Assembly (NCBI GenBank): GCA_030390025.1
Contig: CM059432.1
Location: 52,888,001 to 52,952,000, forward strand
Length of the DNA: 64,000 bases
Origin: Squalus acanthias
Taxonomy: Eukaryota
Direction: 5' to 3'
How positions within the stretch are numbered: position 1 is the stretch's first letter; the number at the start of each line of letters is the position of its first letter. The position numbers and the translations under genes were made by a program. This document shows positions 1-13,078 of this stretch, in pieces. Below the pieces are notes generated by a model, which worked only from the letters and a program-made list of their open reading frames with translations, searched no databases and was not told where the DNA came from.

Positions 1-528
1 ATCCTATGTAATGAAAAATAACTTGCAGTTATATAGCACCTTATGTGCCCAGGACATTCCAAAGCAATTTGCAGACAAATTGCTTTTCAAATGCAGTCAC
101 TGCTGTTATATAGTACAAAGTCATACAGTTCAGTGACTAAATAAGTTTAGTTTAATACATTAGAAATCAACCTTCCCAAACACATGCAAGGTATTTCTGG
201 GAAGACAATTCTCCATAAAATTACAATGGCAGCAACAAGAATTGCAAGCACTTAAACCAGACCCTCATGTCTATACAAAAACACAAGCAACACTACAGCT
301 TCATCCCAACATTGCGTAAATCACGTATAAAACCAGCAAAATGCATGGTAGGAAAAGAAGAAATTATTCCATGACAGAATAAACGTACAGGACTCTGAAT
401 GCAGTGGATTTGATGGGCTAAATTAACTTTCTCACTCCAAACTATTGCATTCTCTGCAAATGGAACCACTGCTAGATAGCACTGTTACATGTGTGTCTCT
501 CTCTGGTATAGTTTAAATGCTGTGGGGG

Positions 529-530
<2 letters not shown>

Positions 531-569
<39 letters not shown>

Positions 570-590
570 AGTGAGTGTGAGAGTGAGAGT
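531..590. repeat. (GA)n microsatellite with degenerate tail
   Basis: Direct reading: GAGAGA run followed by GGGAGA/GTGA variants. Confidence 0.9.
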
Positions 591-914
591 GCACAATGTG
601 TGGCCACCAGGTAACAACACAATAAGTTACAGCTGTGATGCATCATGTGTCAAATAGCCTACCAATGTTCATGGTCTAGGTTCTAATAGAATGGTCACTA
701 CTGCATGGTGAAAGAACAAAACCAGCTGCATATTACCCGAGCAAGGAGCTAACAGCTTCAGGAAGAGAAAGGGAGGAGAAATTGGCAGTAAACAAAATGA
801 AAAAAATAGCGACTCACAAATGAATACTATTCTTGAAACGCATTATTCTTTAATCAATGAAACAATTTTGTAAAGGGTGGCGGCGGGAGAAGAGAAAATT
901 GTGGAATTGTAATA

Positions 915-2650
915 CCGGGGGGATTTTTTCGGGGGGGGGGGGGGGGGGGGGTGACGTGTCGGGTGGGAACATTTTTATTTGACAGCGAATAGGGAACCCG
1001 CCCGCCACGCTAGTTTCCCAGATGACGGGTCTGTCATCGCTGAACAGACCCGACACCAAGCGGCAGGGGAGGCAATTTAGATGATTCCGAGCTTGTTAAC
1101 AGGCACTTAAAATTTAATGGTGAGCTTAAAATAGTTTTTAAGAGTTTGCCCACGGCTTCCCCGCTGCTCGGGGATCACGTCAAGGTAAGGAGGTCGGGAG
1201 TTGTGTCACCGTGGGATCATTTCTTAACTTGACAGCTGCAAATGTGCTATAAAAGCTCCCATTTCATAGCCGTACACTTTCCAAGGTCAGAAGCTGTTGC
1301 TCACTGCATTTGGAAGACAGATTGAGCTTTATGCAGCTTGCATTTGTTTGGGGCAAACTCTGCATTCAGTGTCACCTCATTGCAACAACCTCTCTCACCA
1401 TTGACAGATCGCTCCAGTCAGCTCAACTTGACCTGCCATCTATTCCATCAGCGTCGGTGCCCTTGAAACTATTTCACCTTGGTCCTCGGAATCCCACCAC
1501 GATCAGCCCCAACACCACCAGCAAACTTCTCCGCAATCAACTGATGCTGCACAGGACACAGGGCATCAGCACCCGACCACATTGCTGCCTGGGACGTCAG
1601 GGATGGCCTCACCATAGCCAGATTTACTTCACTTGACGCTATACACCCTGGCTGCCACATGATGCGCCAGGTTGGCACCGCCCCACACCAATACCATAAA
1701 GCATCCCTACAATGACCAAGCCATTCCTTACACACTCATCGCCATTACAGGGGGTACCGATATGTCTCACCATTCACTGCAACTCACTAAGCCACTTCCA
1801 AAGGTGCACACAAATCTGTCCAAGAACGCAAAGTGTTGAAAATAAAGGTTTCAATGTTTGACAGCACATTAACAGAAACTTTACATGAACATTGGCTAAA
1901 ACACCCAAGTGCCTACCCTTGTGTGTTGTTACTTGGTATGATTGGACTAGGATGAGGGTGAGTGTGACCAGTTGCTATTGAGATGGGGAAGTGATAATGT
2001 AGATAGAGAGGGATGGGTGGAGCTGCACGGTAAGTTGGCGTGAGTAAGGATGTGCAGAAATAGGGTAGGGAAGGCAGAGTGATGGGGATGTGATGAGTGG
2101 CACAGCAGGATGAGGTTGAGTGTGGCTTTGCAGTAATGTTTCGTGATCTACTGAGATCATTGAAAGGTTTGCACCACTGCAGCCTGGTCCTCCTGACGAC
2201 ATCCCTGCTTGTGTCCTCCTGTGCAATATGCAACCAGGCTGCGTTGATCTCCTGGGGAGGTCTCTTCCGCCCATAAGGAGGGAAGAGATGCTGTGCTGTG
2301 ACTCCCTCCATAAGCATATGGAGGGAGTCATGAGAGCGCCTGGGTGCAGCTGTGCACCTCTGCAGTGCTTGCAGCACCTCAATGCTGTAGAACACTGACA
2401 GGACAACTGTCAAAATAAATTTGCGCAGGGTCCCTTTAAGGAAACCGACTGATCACGCATCATCAAATGACGTCACCAGACCCGCTTCCTTCATTTGGCC
2501 GGCAAATGCGCTGGACGGGCTTAACAAGCCCAATCAGCATAAGAGCACTTTGGACAGCAGGCTGGATCCAGCAGCGGGGTCGCAACCTGCCACCGACCCC
2601 GGCCGTACCTATCAATCGTTGAAATAGATCAGTATCTCCAGCCCCCCCCA
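915..2650. mobile_element. Internally deleted PIF/Harbinger-like DNA transposon with a relic Myb/SANT-like ORF on the minus strand
   Basis: ORF 1913-2413(-) contains APRRSHDSLHMLMEG...LFPPYGRKRPPQEINAAWLHIAQE..SRDVVRRTRLQWCKPFNDL, the pattern of Harbinger/NAIF1-type Myb-like domains; GC/CpG-rich ends; termini not clearly resolved. Confidence 0.6.
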
Positions 2651-2876
2651 CTTCCCCGAGAATATTCTAATCTTGCAAAAATTATAATTATGGACAACCT
2701 TAAGATAATGCATAGTGAATCGAACATTAAAAGGAGCTTTACACAATAAAACCTTAAACTAAGCGGAAGAAAACAATCTGCAGCAATATATAAAATTGGG
2801 GAAAATTAATTTCTGTGACGCGACAGAAGGCAACAAACAACCTGGCCTTAAATCTATTTGATTTCCGGCTCTTCCC

Positions 2877-2913
2877 AGTTCTGATGAAAGGTCATCGACC
2901 TGAAACGTTAACT
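2877..2913 (+). ncRNA. Minimal type I hammerhead ribozyme motif
   Basis: AGTT-CTGATGA-A-AGGTC-ATC-GACCT-GAAA-CG-TT-AACT: helix I AGTT/AACT, intact core, 5-bp helix II, palindromic ACGT helix III. Confidence 0.8.
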
Positions 2914-2972
2914 CTCTTTCTCTCTCCACGGATGCTGCCTGGCCTGCTGAGTTTTTCCAGCGTTTTCTGTTG
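2877..2972 (+). mobile_element. Penelope-like element pseudo-LTR fragment
   Basis: Hammerhead core followed by GATGCTGCCTGGCCTGCTGAGTTTTTCCAGC, which I recognise as typical of fish Penelope pLTRs. Confidence 0.7.
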
Positions 2973-3977
2973 TTATTACAAATTGCTTGATCTTGGCTGC
3001 ATACATTAGAATTAAGGGGGACATTAAAAAATAACTTCAACTGAAAGTTAAATCAACCTCAGCTACTCTCATGGACTTAGTCACTGTATTGATACAAGAT
3101 TAATAACTATATTCACCCAGATAAGTCCTTATATAAGTTGTGGGGATATTATGGGAACAATAAATTCTGACAGGCACCCAAAGCCAAGGGGTATAACAGA
3201 ACCCAAAGACATGGTTACGTAAGAACTCAGTTAGAAGCTAGACGAATAATCTCCATGAAGCAACTGTTAGAAAGGCAGATGTGGATAATGATGCTGTTAT
3301 GTTAAAACTGCTCAAGTGTCAACAGCTTAGACTCTAAGGCAGAAAAGCTTTTGGAATGTTTTTGCAAAAACACTGGACAGATGAGCTGGTACATTTATCA
3401 ATTTTGGCCAATTAAATGCTCTTGATCTTCACCAGCCAAGAAAGCAAAATATGCAACAAAATCCAGTCTCACAACCACTGCAAGGTAAGCGGTGGGACAT
3501 AAAAGCTGAAATTCAAAATTATTCCAAATAAGATGGTCACTAAAACTTCTTTGATGCTGAAAAGCTGAATTTGATCCGCAAATTTGTAATTTCACCCCAC
3601 TGAAGGAAGCAAGCGACAACATATGGACACTTTACTTTGTTGCAATGTACATTTCTACTTGCTCTTCACCCTATCTTCCAGAGTGGTGGCACAAGCTGGT
3701 GACGACTGCATGCAGCCCATGGCAAATCTCCCCTTTGATTTGAGAGAAAAAAATTCTTGTTCCAAGTAATCTCGAAGCTGTATTCGTGATTATGATTTAT
3801 AAAAAGTGAGAAAATTTTGATTGTGATGGTGCTGTAGCAATTGCCCAGTGAAGATTTTAAGTTGAATTATACAGATCAGTTTTAAGCAAAACTTTTGGAC
3901 AACACACTATCCGAAGTACCATGCAGTTTTGAAGATAAAGTTAAAACAATTAACATGATTAAGATTGAGAAGTGGTA

Positions 3978-4060
3978 ATCATTGGTGTTACCAAGACCTT
4001 TAACACCATTAGCAATGGATGATTCTGGAAGCTGCTGAATAAGTTGAGCTGTCCCATACT
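3978..4060 (+). mobile_element. Ancient RTE-clade LINE RT fragment
   Basis: Hand translation IGVTKTFNTISNG*FWKLLNKLSCP resembles RTE IDLTKAFDTVSREGLWKIL.K.GCP. Confidence 0.45.
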
Positions 4061-4459
4061 CATGAAGCTGTTTGAGGTTTCTTTCCCCCTCCCAGTTATT
4101 CACTATGCCATAGCAGATTTAAACAAGGGCATCTCCACACAATTCCAGTCAAACTGTGGCATTTCAACTCAAGTGGACTAAGGGGCAAATCTAAGGTAAG
4201 ACAATGTTTGAACTTTTATTCATCTAATTCTGAAACTGAACTGGTATATTATCAGCAGGATCAGCCTTGCATTACAAGTTTGTCCAACAGCTTAAAAAAA
4301 GCCTAAGTTATGCAACAAACTGTACTAGAACCTTAGATCATGATAGAGGGCACAAAATGAATGCCTTGGAGAATTTTGGGTAGCACATATATTTGAGATG
4401 TGCAGTTGAACCAGGAAATCAAAAGCTGCAAATAGGACCATATGGTCACCTGTACTATT

Positions 4460-5192
4460 GGGCCTGGGTTTCCGAATCGGAGACTTTGTGCAGGCGGATG
4501 CCTCCGATTGGAAAAAAAAAAATCTACGAACTTACCTGCAGGCTCCATAGGTCCCGAGGCTTGCGATCCTGGGCCTCTGCTCTATGAAATGCAGAGGCCC
4601 AGGTATCCCAGGGGCGCATGCAGTTCGCAAGCGTCCCTGGGATCACGTGGGCCATGGGGAACCAAAGAAGCGAATCCCCCGTCACACTTTTGACAGGTCT
4701 GTACACAGAACTGTCAAAAGTATGAATGGGGATCACTTAAAAAACCACAGTAAAACATTAAATAAATAAAAAAAACATCACATTTAAAATTAATTAAAAT
4801 GACATTAAATTAAATATTTTAAACAAAAATTTAATTTTTTGAAAAAATAATTAAAGTTTTTTATGGGGCTAAAAATAAACTTACCTTCTTTAAAAAGTAT
4901 TTTAAAATGATAAATCAGTGAAAAATTTTATTATTTTAAAACTCTTACGCTTTTACCAGGCGTAAGATATTCAAAGGTTTTCTGCGGGCGGAAGTTGTGC
5001 AGAAAACGGAACTCTCTGCCCGCGGAGGCCCATCTCCCGGGCATGCGTGCGATCTGTCAAGAGGATTCTTCACAGATCGTAAATGCCGAGTTATAGCACA
5101 TGTGCTTCGCATGCCTAAACCTAGCACTTCCGTGGCCCCTACGAGTGCGTACACACCTCGTATGCACCCATGGGAGTCGGAAAATCCGGCCC
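4460..5192. mobile_element. PIF/Harbinger-type MITE
   Basis: Imperfect TIR GGGCCTGGGTTTCCGAATC / GAGTCGGAAAATCCGGCCC; 3-bp TSD ATT (4457-4459, 5193-5195). Confidence 0.8.
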
Positions 5193-6489
5193 ATTGTCTT
5201 TGGAAAGAACTCAGCAGTAAGTTAAAGGCAAAGCTGTCTGTATATAGTACAGATGTACTCATACAATTTTATACAGCTGCAAACAGGGACTATAGCATTG
5301 GCATATGAAGCAGCAAGGTTCCAAAGGCATTTTTTTTAATGATTCCTCATAAAAATAAATAGCAAGAATGCCAAACACCAAAATGCAGTAGACATCAACA
5401 TGACTAGCCAGAGATGCTGTCTGAATGTCAGACAAACTGATATCCAAAACTGCACTCTATAGCCAACTGAGGACAGTAAAAAGAACCAGGGAGAGGAAAG
5501 GAAGAACTATTTCATGGATACCTGAAGGGAAACTTTAAGGAATCCAGCAACTACTTAGAAACCTGGGAAAATTGAGTCAGAAGAGAGAGTCTGGAAAACT
5601 GCTGATAAGTGCGGCACTGCACACTTTGAATCCAACAGAAAATAAATCAGTAACAGTTGATAAATGAACAAATGTGCAAAGCATGTAGCCATCAACATGC
5701 CACTCCCACAGACACCACTATGACACTCTTCCTCTGTTTGTGTGGCATGGTCATCTCTGTTTCCAAGCGCAACAGCAAATTTCCTGCCGGCTGTTCAGGA
5801 AAGTGTGGGGGTAGGCAACAGTATATCCCCATAATCATTCTGGTTGCTTTCTTCTGTATCCTATCAATAGCTGCAATATCCTTCTAGTACTGTGGCAATA
5901 CAGGTGTCCTAAATATTGTTTGTTTAACCCCAGGGTGCCTGGTACCTCCCAGGAATTCCAGTCAATTCTATGCTGACCTTTCCCTTACCTTTTCAGCCCA
6001 AATGCAGTGGTGCTGAAACAAACACTGATTTTACAGGAAAATCTATTCAGATAGACATGCACACACATACGTGCACTTTGTGGGAGGTGATGGTCCTTTC
6101 CTCCACCACAGATGGATTCCCAGTTTCCAGGGAGGTGATGCTGGAAAAGTCTCTCAGTGGGGCTGGAGCGAAACTGGGTCAATGGGGCTCCCAATTTTAT
6201 TACATTTAATAGGCTCGGATTTGTCAGTGAAGATGTTCTGAAATTTCAAGTTTGAAGAGGCCTCGTTTTTTTTTTATAAAACCAAACTGGCAAGATTTCT
6301 TCATTTCTGAACAGGCTATTTCTCCAGGATAAGCTCGGCATTTATAAGAAAATAGGAATTGCTAGTTTGCCATCTATCAACCTGTCTGTCATATGATACA
6401 ACATTTATGGAGTTGTTAACTAATCAAAGCAATCAATCTCTATCACTTAGTCTACAACAAATCAAGAGGCGAGGATAACCCCAGTGACG

Positions 6490-8990
6490 AAAAGCTTTGG
6501 GAATCATCGGTCCAAAGTCACCTATTCCTCCCAAGCATGCTACACTTACCATATGTCATGGATCAAATTACTCATACTGTATCCCAAAATATTTTTTGAA
6601 AGAAATCTAATTTGCATTTAAATGAATCAATACTATCTGCTTCCACTATCTTCTGAGGGATCCTGCTCCATTGACCATTCACTCACTGAAATAATGTTTC
6701 AGCAAATTAGTTTTTAATTTAACCCCCTTCAAGCAAATACCATATCATCTGGTTGTACTGTTCTGAACAATGTGAAATATGGTCTATATTTTTTAGTCCC
6801 TTTAGGATCCAAAAAATGGCAATCGCCTCTCAACCTGCTCTTTTCCAGTGAGAACATGTCCAATTTACATAATTTCTCCTCATAATCCAATACCTACATC
6901 CCCATAATCATTCTGGTTGCTTTCTTCTGTATCCTATCAATAGCTGCAATATCCTTCTAGTACTGCGGCAACCAGAACTGTACAGTCAATCGCACAAATC
7001 ATTTTTAAAGTGGCAAGATTACCGCACTATTTCAGCTCAATATTGACCTTTATGATGTTTATCAGATGTTGGGATATTGACATCCCAACATCTGATTTGC
7101 TTTGTCACTGAGGATTGTTGTGATAGCTTCAATTATTGTCAAATTAAGACCCAGAGATCTCTCATTTTCCACATGTATTATTTTCTTTCCATTTAAGAAA
7201 GATCCCTACCTGGATTTTTTTGGCCCCATGCAAAACACTTTGCAGTTCTCTGCACTGAATTTCATCTGCCACCGGTCTACCCAATTCTGAAGTATCTTCA
7301 AATCCTCCTGTAGCTTGTCTTGTTGGAGTCTACCACCTTCATTTGCTTTGTATCATCTGCAAATTTGGCCATTGTGCTTGTGATTCCTAGCTGCAGATCA
7401 TTTATGAAGATCATAGAAGCGTAGGGCACGGAAAGCCATTCGGCCCAACGTGTCTGTGCCAGCCGAAAAAGAGCTACTCAGTCTAATCCCACTTTCCAGC
7501 TCTTGGTCCGTAGCCCTGTAGGTTACAGCACTTTAAGTGCATGTCCAAGTACTTTTTAAATGGAATGAGGATTTCTGCCTCTATCACCCTTTCAGGCAGT
7601 GAGTTCCAGACCCACACCGCCCTCTGGGTGAAAAATGTTCTCCTCAACTCCCCTCTAATCCTTCTACCAATTACTTTAAATCTATGCCCCCTGGTTATTG
7701 ACCTCTCTGCTAAGGAAATAGGTCCTTCCTATCCACTCTATCTAGGCCCCTCATAATTTTATGCAACTCAATCAAGTCTCCCCTCAGCCTCCTCTGTTCC
7801 AAAGAAAACAACCCCAGCCTATCCGATCTTTCCAAATAGCTAAAATTCTCCAGTCCTGGCAACATTCTCGTAAATCTCTTCTGTACCCTCTGTAGTGCAA
7901 TCACGTCTTTCCTGTAATGTGGAGACCAGAACTGTACGCAGTACTCTAGCTGTTGCCTAACTCGTGTTTTCTGCAGTTCTAGCATAACCTCACCGCTCTT
8001 ATATTCTATGCCTCAGCTAATAAAGGAAAGTATCCCGTATGCCTTCTTAACCACCTTATCTCCTGTCCTGCTACCAATAGGGATCTGTGGACATGCACTC
8101 CAAGGTCCCTCTGTTCCTCTACACTTCTCAGTATCCTACCATTTATTGTGCATTCCCTTGCCTTGTTAGCCCTCCCCAAATGCAATACCTCACACTTTTC
8201 CGGAGTGAATTCCATTTGCCACTTTTCTGCCCACCTGACCAGTCCATCGATATCTTCCTGCAGTCTACAGATTTCTTCCTCGCTATCAACCACATGGCCA
8301 ATTTTTCTATCATTTGCAAACTTCTTAATCATGCCGCCTACATTGAAGTCTAAATCATTGATAAATACCACAGAAAATCAAGGGATCTAGCAGTGAGTCC
8401 TGCGAAACCCCACTGGAAACAGCCCTATAGTCACAAAAACACCCGTTGACCATTACCCTTTGCTTCCTGCCATTGAGCCAATTTTGGAGCCAACTTGCCA
8501 CTTTCCCTTGGATCCCGTGGGCTTTTACTTTTCTGACCAGTCTGCCATGTGGGACCTTGTCAAAAGCCTTGCTAAAATCCAGGTAGACTACATCAAACAC
8601 ACTACCCTCATCAACCCTCCTTGTTACCTCCTCAAAAAATTCCATCAAGTTAGTCAGACACAACCTTCCCTTAACAAAGCCATGCTGACTGTCCTTGATT
8701 AATCCTAAGATATTAAACAAGAGATCCCAAAACAGACCCCTGTAGGACCCCACTGGTAACATTTTCCCAGGCTGATCCACCACTCTCTGGGTTCTATCAG
8801 TCGACCAATTACGTATTCATTGTAAAATATTTCCGCTGATTCCCGCTTTCTTTATTTTCCGTATCAGCCTTTCCAGAAGAACTGTATCAGAGGATGAAAG
8901 GACTTACTGATATCCAAATACACCACATCTACTGCTACTTTGTCACACTCTCAAAGAAAACCAGTAAGTTAGATTGTATGATGTTACAAA
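6490..8990 (-). mobile_element. Old CR1-like LINE fragment, host of a nested younger CR1
   Basis: Degenerate RT-region sequence (e.g. TCATCTGCAAATTT = KFADD reversed) that resumes after 8706. Confidence 0.65.
7412..8706 (-). mobile_element. 5'-truncated CR1 LINE (RT and 3' end), nested
   Basis: ORFs with QHGFVKGR, YLDFSKAFDKVPH, LEYCVQFWSPHYRKD; flanked by AAGAT at 7407-7411 and 8707-8711. Confidence 0.9.
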
Positions 8991-9050
8991 ACAAAGCTTC
9001 ACATTGAAAACACTGGAAACTCCCATCACAGCACCAACTACAGGGACAAT

Positions 9051-9708
9051 GGCCCAGATGTTGCAGTCAGCGGCACAGGATCAGTAGTCACCGGTCACTC
9101 CGCTGACTTTTAAGCGGGGACCTGCGGTCACCGGGCATCTGGCAAGAAACAACATGGCTTTTCAACCAATCAGACTGAAGAATCATCAGCGAGGCACGTA
9201 GAGTCTAAACTAGGAAGTATAAACCAGGAATTATAAATTAGATTAAAATCATGCAAGAAAGATGGGATTGAGAGAGAGAGATGAGAGAGAGAAAAAGTAA
9301 AAAATATATTTTTAAAAATCTCCAACACTAATTAAATTCTGAAGGAATGAGACCCCACATTTGTAAAATTACATTTTCAGGGCCAGAGAGGTTTTTTGGC
9401 AGTAATTATGACTGATCACACCATTAAAAATTCACTTACACCTGAATGCATCAGCCCTAACTTTTTCTGCCGTGTTTAGTGGGCAAGTACCGCAACTTCA
9501 CGCCCTAACATTAATTTCAATGCCGAGTCTATCGGCGAGGTACAGTTATAGCGCAGCCTGTGGAGAAGCAGGATAACTCGGATCACAACTTCTAGATCTC
9601 CACGTTTAACAGCGCATGTGCTTACTCCGGAAGTTGCCGTCAGATTTACTCCATAATAACGATGAGCGTTGCTAGCCTCACGATTATTCTGAACGCAAAA
9701 TCCAGGCC
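9051..9708. mobile_element. PIF/Harbinger-type MITE
   Basis: TIR GGCCCAGATGTTGC / GCAAAATCCAGGCC; 3-bp TSD AAT. Confidence 0.75.
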
Positions 9709-11326
9709 AATATTATTGCAGGTAAATGTGGGTAGAATGGGATTTTTCATAGGATCAGGTTGACATAAGTTTTCAAATCAAATGGAATGCATTTTATATA
9801 TTTCTATTTTAACATAGTGAATTGCTTAAGATAGAAGAGGAGGAAAAATCTCTCTACCCTCTGATTTTGAGTTAATTAAGGTGTGAAAGCCTGAAAATTG
9901 ACCAGAATAAAATAATCTCACCTGGATACAATCATGACTTGGTAAGGACTCTTGGAATCATGAAGACATACATTACCACCCAGAAACTATTATTTTTATT
10001 ACGCTGTTAGGACACACTTTGAACATCACATCTAATTGTAGTCTCCCTACACTCACAGTATTGATTATTTTTTTAAAGTTTAGCAAAGACCAACCAGCAG
10101 TATTTTCAGTCTTATATTCTTATGCTATAGTAGCAGTTATTCTCCAACAAGAAAAGCAAGATATTCCGAGGCTAGGGAATATTACAGTACAAATTTGAAT
10201 GAAAATGAATAAAAATTCAATTAGCTCTTAAATGCTTGCTTTGGAAATTATAGCGAGGAATCTACACCTTCACTTTGGAACCATACTGCCGTATAATTGA
10301 CACTTTCCATAGGTGGCTGTTTTCTGGCCTGTCCTTTAGGGAGTGATAAAATTGGCTTAAAGGGCAACCGTATAAAAATACTCACTAACATTAAGACAAT
10401 TCAGAATGCAGACCCTTGATATTACAAAAACTGCAACCAGACTTCTACAATAATCTCTTGAATTGGATTGTTTAACAAAGCAAAAAGTACTTGTCTGTAC
10501 AACACTGAAATACAAGGCCACTGGCCTGAAAAAGTTTGATAAGCTCTGAAGTGCAGCCTCATAATGCAAGTTGAGCACAGATAATATTGTTTTTATGATG
10601 ATTGATTGAAAAAGTACCATGTTCCAAACTTTCATAGTGTTATTGTACTTTTACCCTCCATAAAGAGCTATTAGCATCGATATCCAGTGTGCTTCAACCA
10701 ATCGAATATGGTAGCAGCAAACGATATACAAGTCAGGACAGCTTTCAAGCCAATAGTGTGCTATACTTTTATAGGAACATGGGAAAACTAAATTTAGCTA
10801 GAAAGCTGCTAAATTAACTAAACTCTACAGTAAAGGCAGAAACTAATATCTAGTCAGAAAAAAAAGTTCAACATACTTTCACAGTAAGAAACGGAGGTAA
10901 ACAAACATAAGGATAACTACACACAAGCTAGATTGAAAAACACTCTGTACTGCACTCACAACTGGAAAGGTGGCAGCCAGCAACACCAAACTAGAAATAT
11001 GGATTAAAAATGACTGACTTAAATGGGCCAAATAGCTCTGTCCTACTCCTAATCTATATTTTATGTAAAAACGTAAATATTTTGCACATGAAACTGCAAT
11101 TAGAGGAACATTATTCTGACAAATCACTTGGATATTACATATATAAATCAGTGTACTACAAGAATGAGAATTGATAACATAGTAAATAGAATTCTAGATT
11201 TAACATTTACAGACTTTCCAAAAAGATTCTAGCAAATATTGGCACATATCCGAAGGTCCAATGAACAAATAAGTCTATCATCCTAATTTCTATCAATACC
11301 TTTACAGATGAATAAATCATGCATAC

Positions 11327-11484
11327 CTGTTAAAAATCCACCAGCAACAAAAGATGTATTTTTGTCGTAGTCTACATACAAGCTGATGGGTTTGTTGGGG
11401 TCTGGCACTACATTCAATCTGATCACCGGACCATCCAGTGTACTTTTATTAATGACGGCTTTAGCTTGCAATGTGTATTCTCCC
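11327..11484 (-). CDS. SMCHD1: SMCHD1 internal coding exon (last found in window), 158 nt
   Basis: TTTCAG|G GGA ... ACA G|GTATGC; GEYTLQAKAVINKSTLDGPVIRLNVVPDPNKPISLYVDYDKNTSFVAGGFLT; I could not find the next expected exon in 1-11326. Confidence 0.95.
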
Positions 11485-12227
11485 CTGAAATACAAAACGT
11501 ATACCTATACAGTGCAGCCCTTTTAACATTTCTGATAAATATCACCTATTCTTCAGACCAACTAAAGACAATCTATTTGAAAGCAATTTTATTCCAAAAA
11601 TCAAGAACCATATAAAGACAATTGATCTTAAATCACAATTAGGCAATTTAACAAAGCTCTTTATGACCATGTGTAATTTGAGACCACTATGCCATCCTTT
11701 TTAATTGATGACAGCTAAAACACAGATTTAAAAAAATACTGAAGGTACCAGTAATACATTACACTTGCACATAACTCAATTTTAACAACAAGCATGAAAG
11801 ATCTATTGCACTTTTATAAATTCTAGCCATATCCTGTTAATTTGACTGTGATTCTCATTATAGCCAGGATAATCTGTTACTTGAATATTGATGCAGCCTT
11901 GCATGCAGAGTCTGGAGCACCAGTGTAACACTAGTTCAGCATCACCATTGGTTCCTTTTAACCAGACATTCAACATATTTGTTCCCTCCGTCTCCAAAGC
12001 CATGCGCTGTATCTGCACTGATGGGGCAAATAACCTGCTCCCAGGTCATTGCCAATGGAGTTCTGCAACTGTGGACCAGTGTGCATCATACATAGGACAT
12101 GCATCATAAATTTCCTTTCTTGCAAGAATGTGTTCGGCCATTATTCAGAATGTCCATACAAAGGGACTTGGCAGTTCGTCAAAGTAGCAAAAACTATACC
12201 TCCTTTACAAGTTTCAACTTCTAATTT

Positions 12228-12650
12228 AGAAAAAGACTTGCATTTATATAGTGCCTTTCACAACCTCAGGACGTCCCAAAGCGCTTTACAGGCAATTAAG
12301 TACTTTTAAAGTGTAATCACTGTTGTAATATAGGGAAACTGGGGCAGACAATTTGTGCAACAAATAGCAACAAGATACATGACCAAATAAATGTTTTTTT
12401 TTGTGCTGTTGGTTGATAGATAAATATTGCCCAGAAAAACTCCCCTGCTCTTCGAATAGTGCCATGGGACCTTTTACATCCACCTAAGGGGGCAGACAGG
12501 GCCTCGGTTTAACGTCTCATCCAAAAGACAGCACCTTCAATAGTGAAGCACTCCCTCAGTACTGCATTGAAGTGTCAGCCTGAATATGGCTTGAACCCAC
12601 GACCTTCTGACTCTGAGGCGGGAGCGCTACCACTCAATCATGGCCGACAC
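12228..12650 (-). mobile_element. tRNA-derived SINE (DeuSINE/SacSINE-like)
   Basis: tRNA-like head with B box (reverse complement of CTTGAACCCAC) at about 12590-12645; tail ACTTGCATTTATATAGTGCCTTTCA; related pieces at 15-120, 18143-18272, 40145-40230, 48223-48768, 51620-51990. Confidence 0.75.
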
Positions 12651-13032
12651 ATTTTAGGAAAATAACTTAAAACATTCTACAAAATTGAAACATATGGTAT
12701 AAAAAGAATGAGCGCAACTGCTGCATGAAGTTTACAACACACATCATTTAGGAACCTGTCATAAACAACTCTTGAAATTCTTGGGTATTTGGTCAGGTTC
12801 ACAAAGTATATGCAAAGTAAAGTACTAGCATCAATCTTCTATTACTATCATTGCTTTAGGCCACCGCACTGAACTGCAAATTAATTTTGCTATTGCAAAA
12901 GGTTGACAATTCCACCATTCAAAAAACTATTGGTTCTAAATGTAAGCTGCACCCATTGAAATAATTACATGCTTGATAGAACATATAGTTAACAAGGGCA
13001 TTTTGGGCAATTTTGAAGACAAGATATGCATA

Positions 13033-13041
<9 letters not shown>

Positions 13042-13066
<25 letters not shown>
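13042..13066. repeat. (TA)n microsatellite
   Basis: Direct reading. Confidence 0.85.
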
Positions 13067-13072
<6 letters not shown>

Positions 13073-13078
13073 AAACTT

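Noticed and set aside
931..952. Poly-G tract (also 33946-33966) as a functional G-quadruplex
   Set aside because: Simple homopolymers, common and error-prone in assemblies; no supporting evidence
1..11326. Next SMCHD1 exon (expected DF..SV.SED...ISMKMWK)
   Set aside because: No matching sequence found by eye; the ATGTGGAAA near 7170 lies in a CR1 relic; the exon is probably beyond the window
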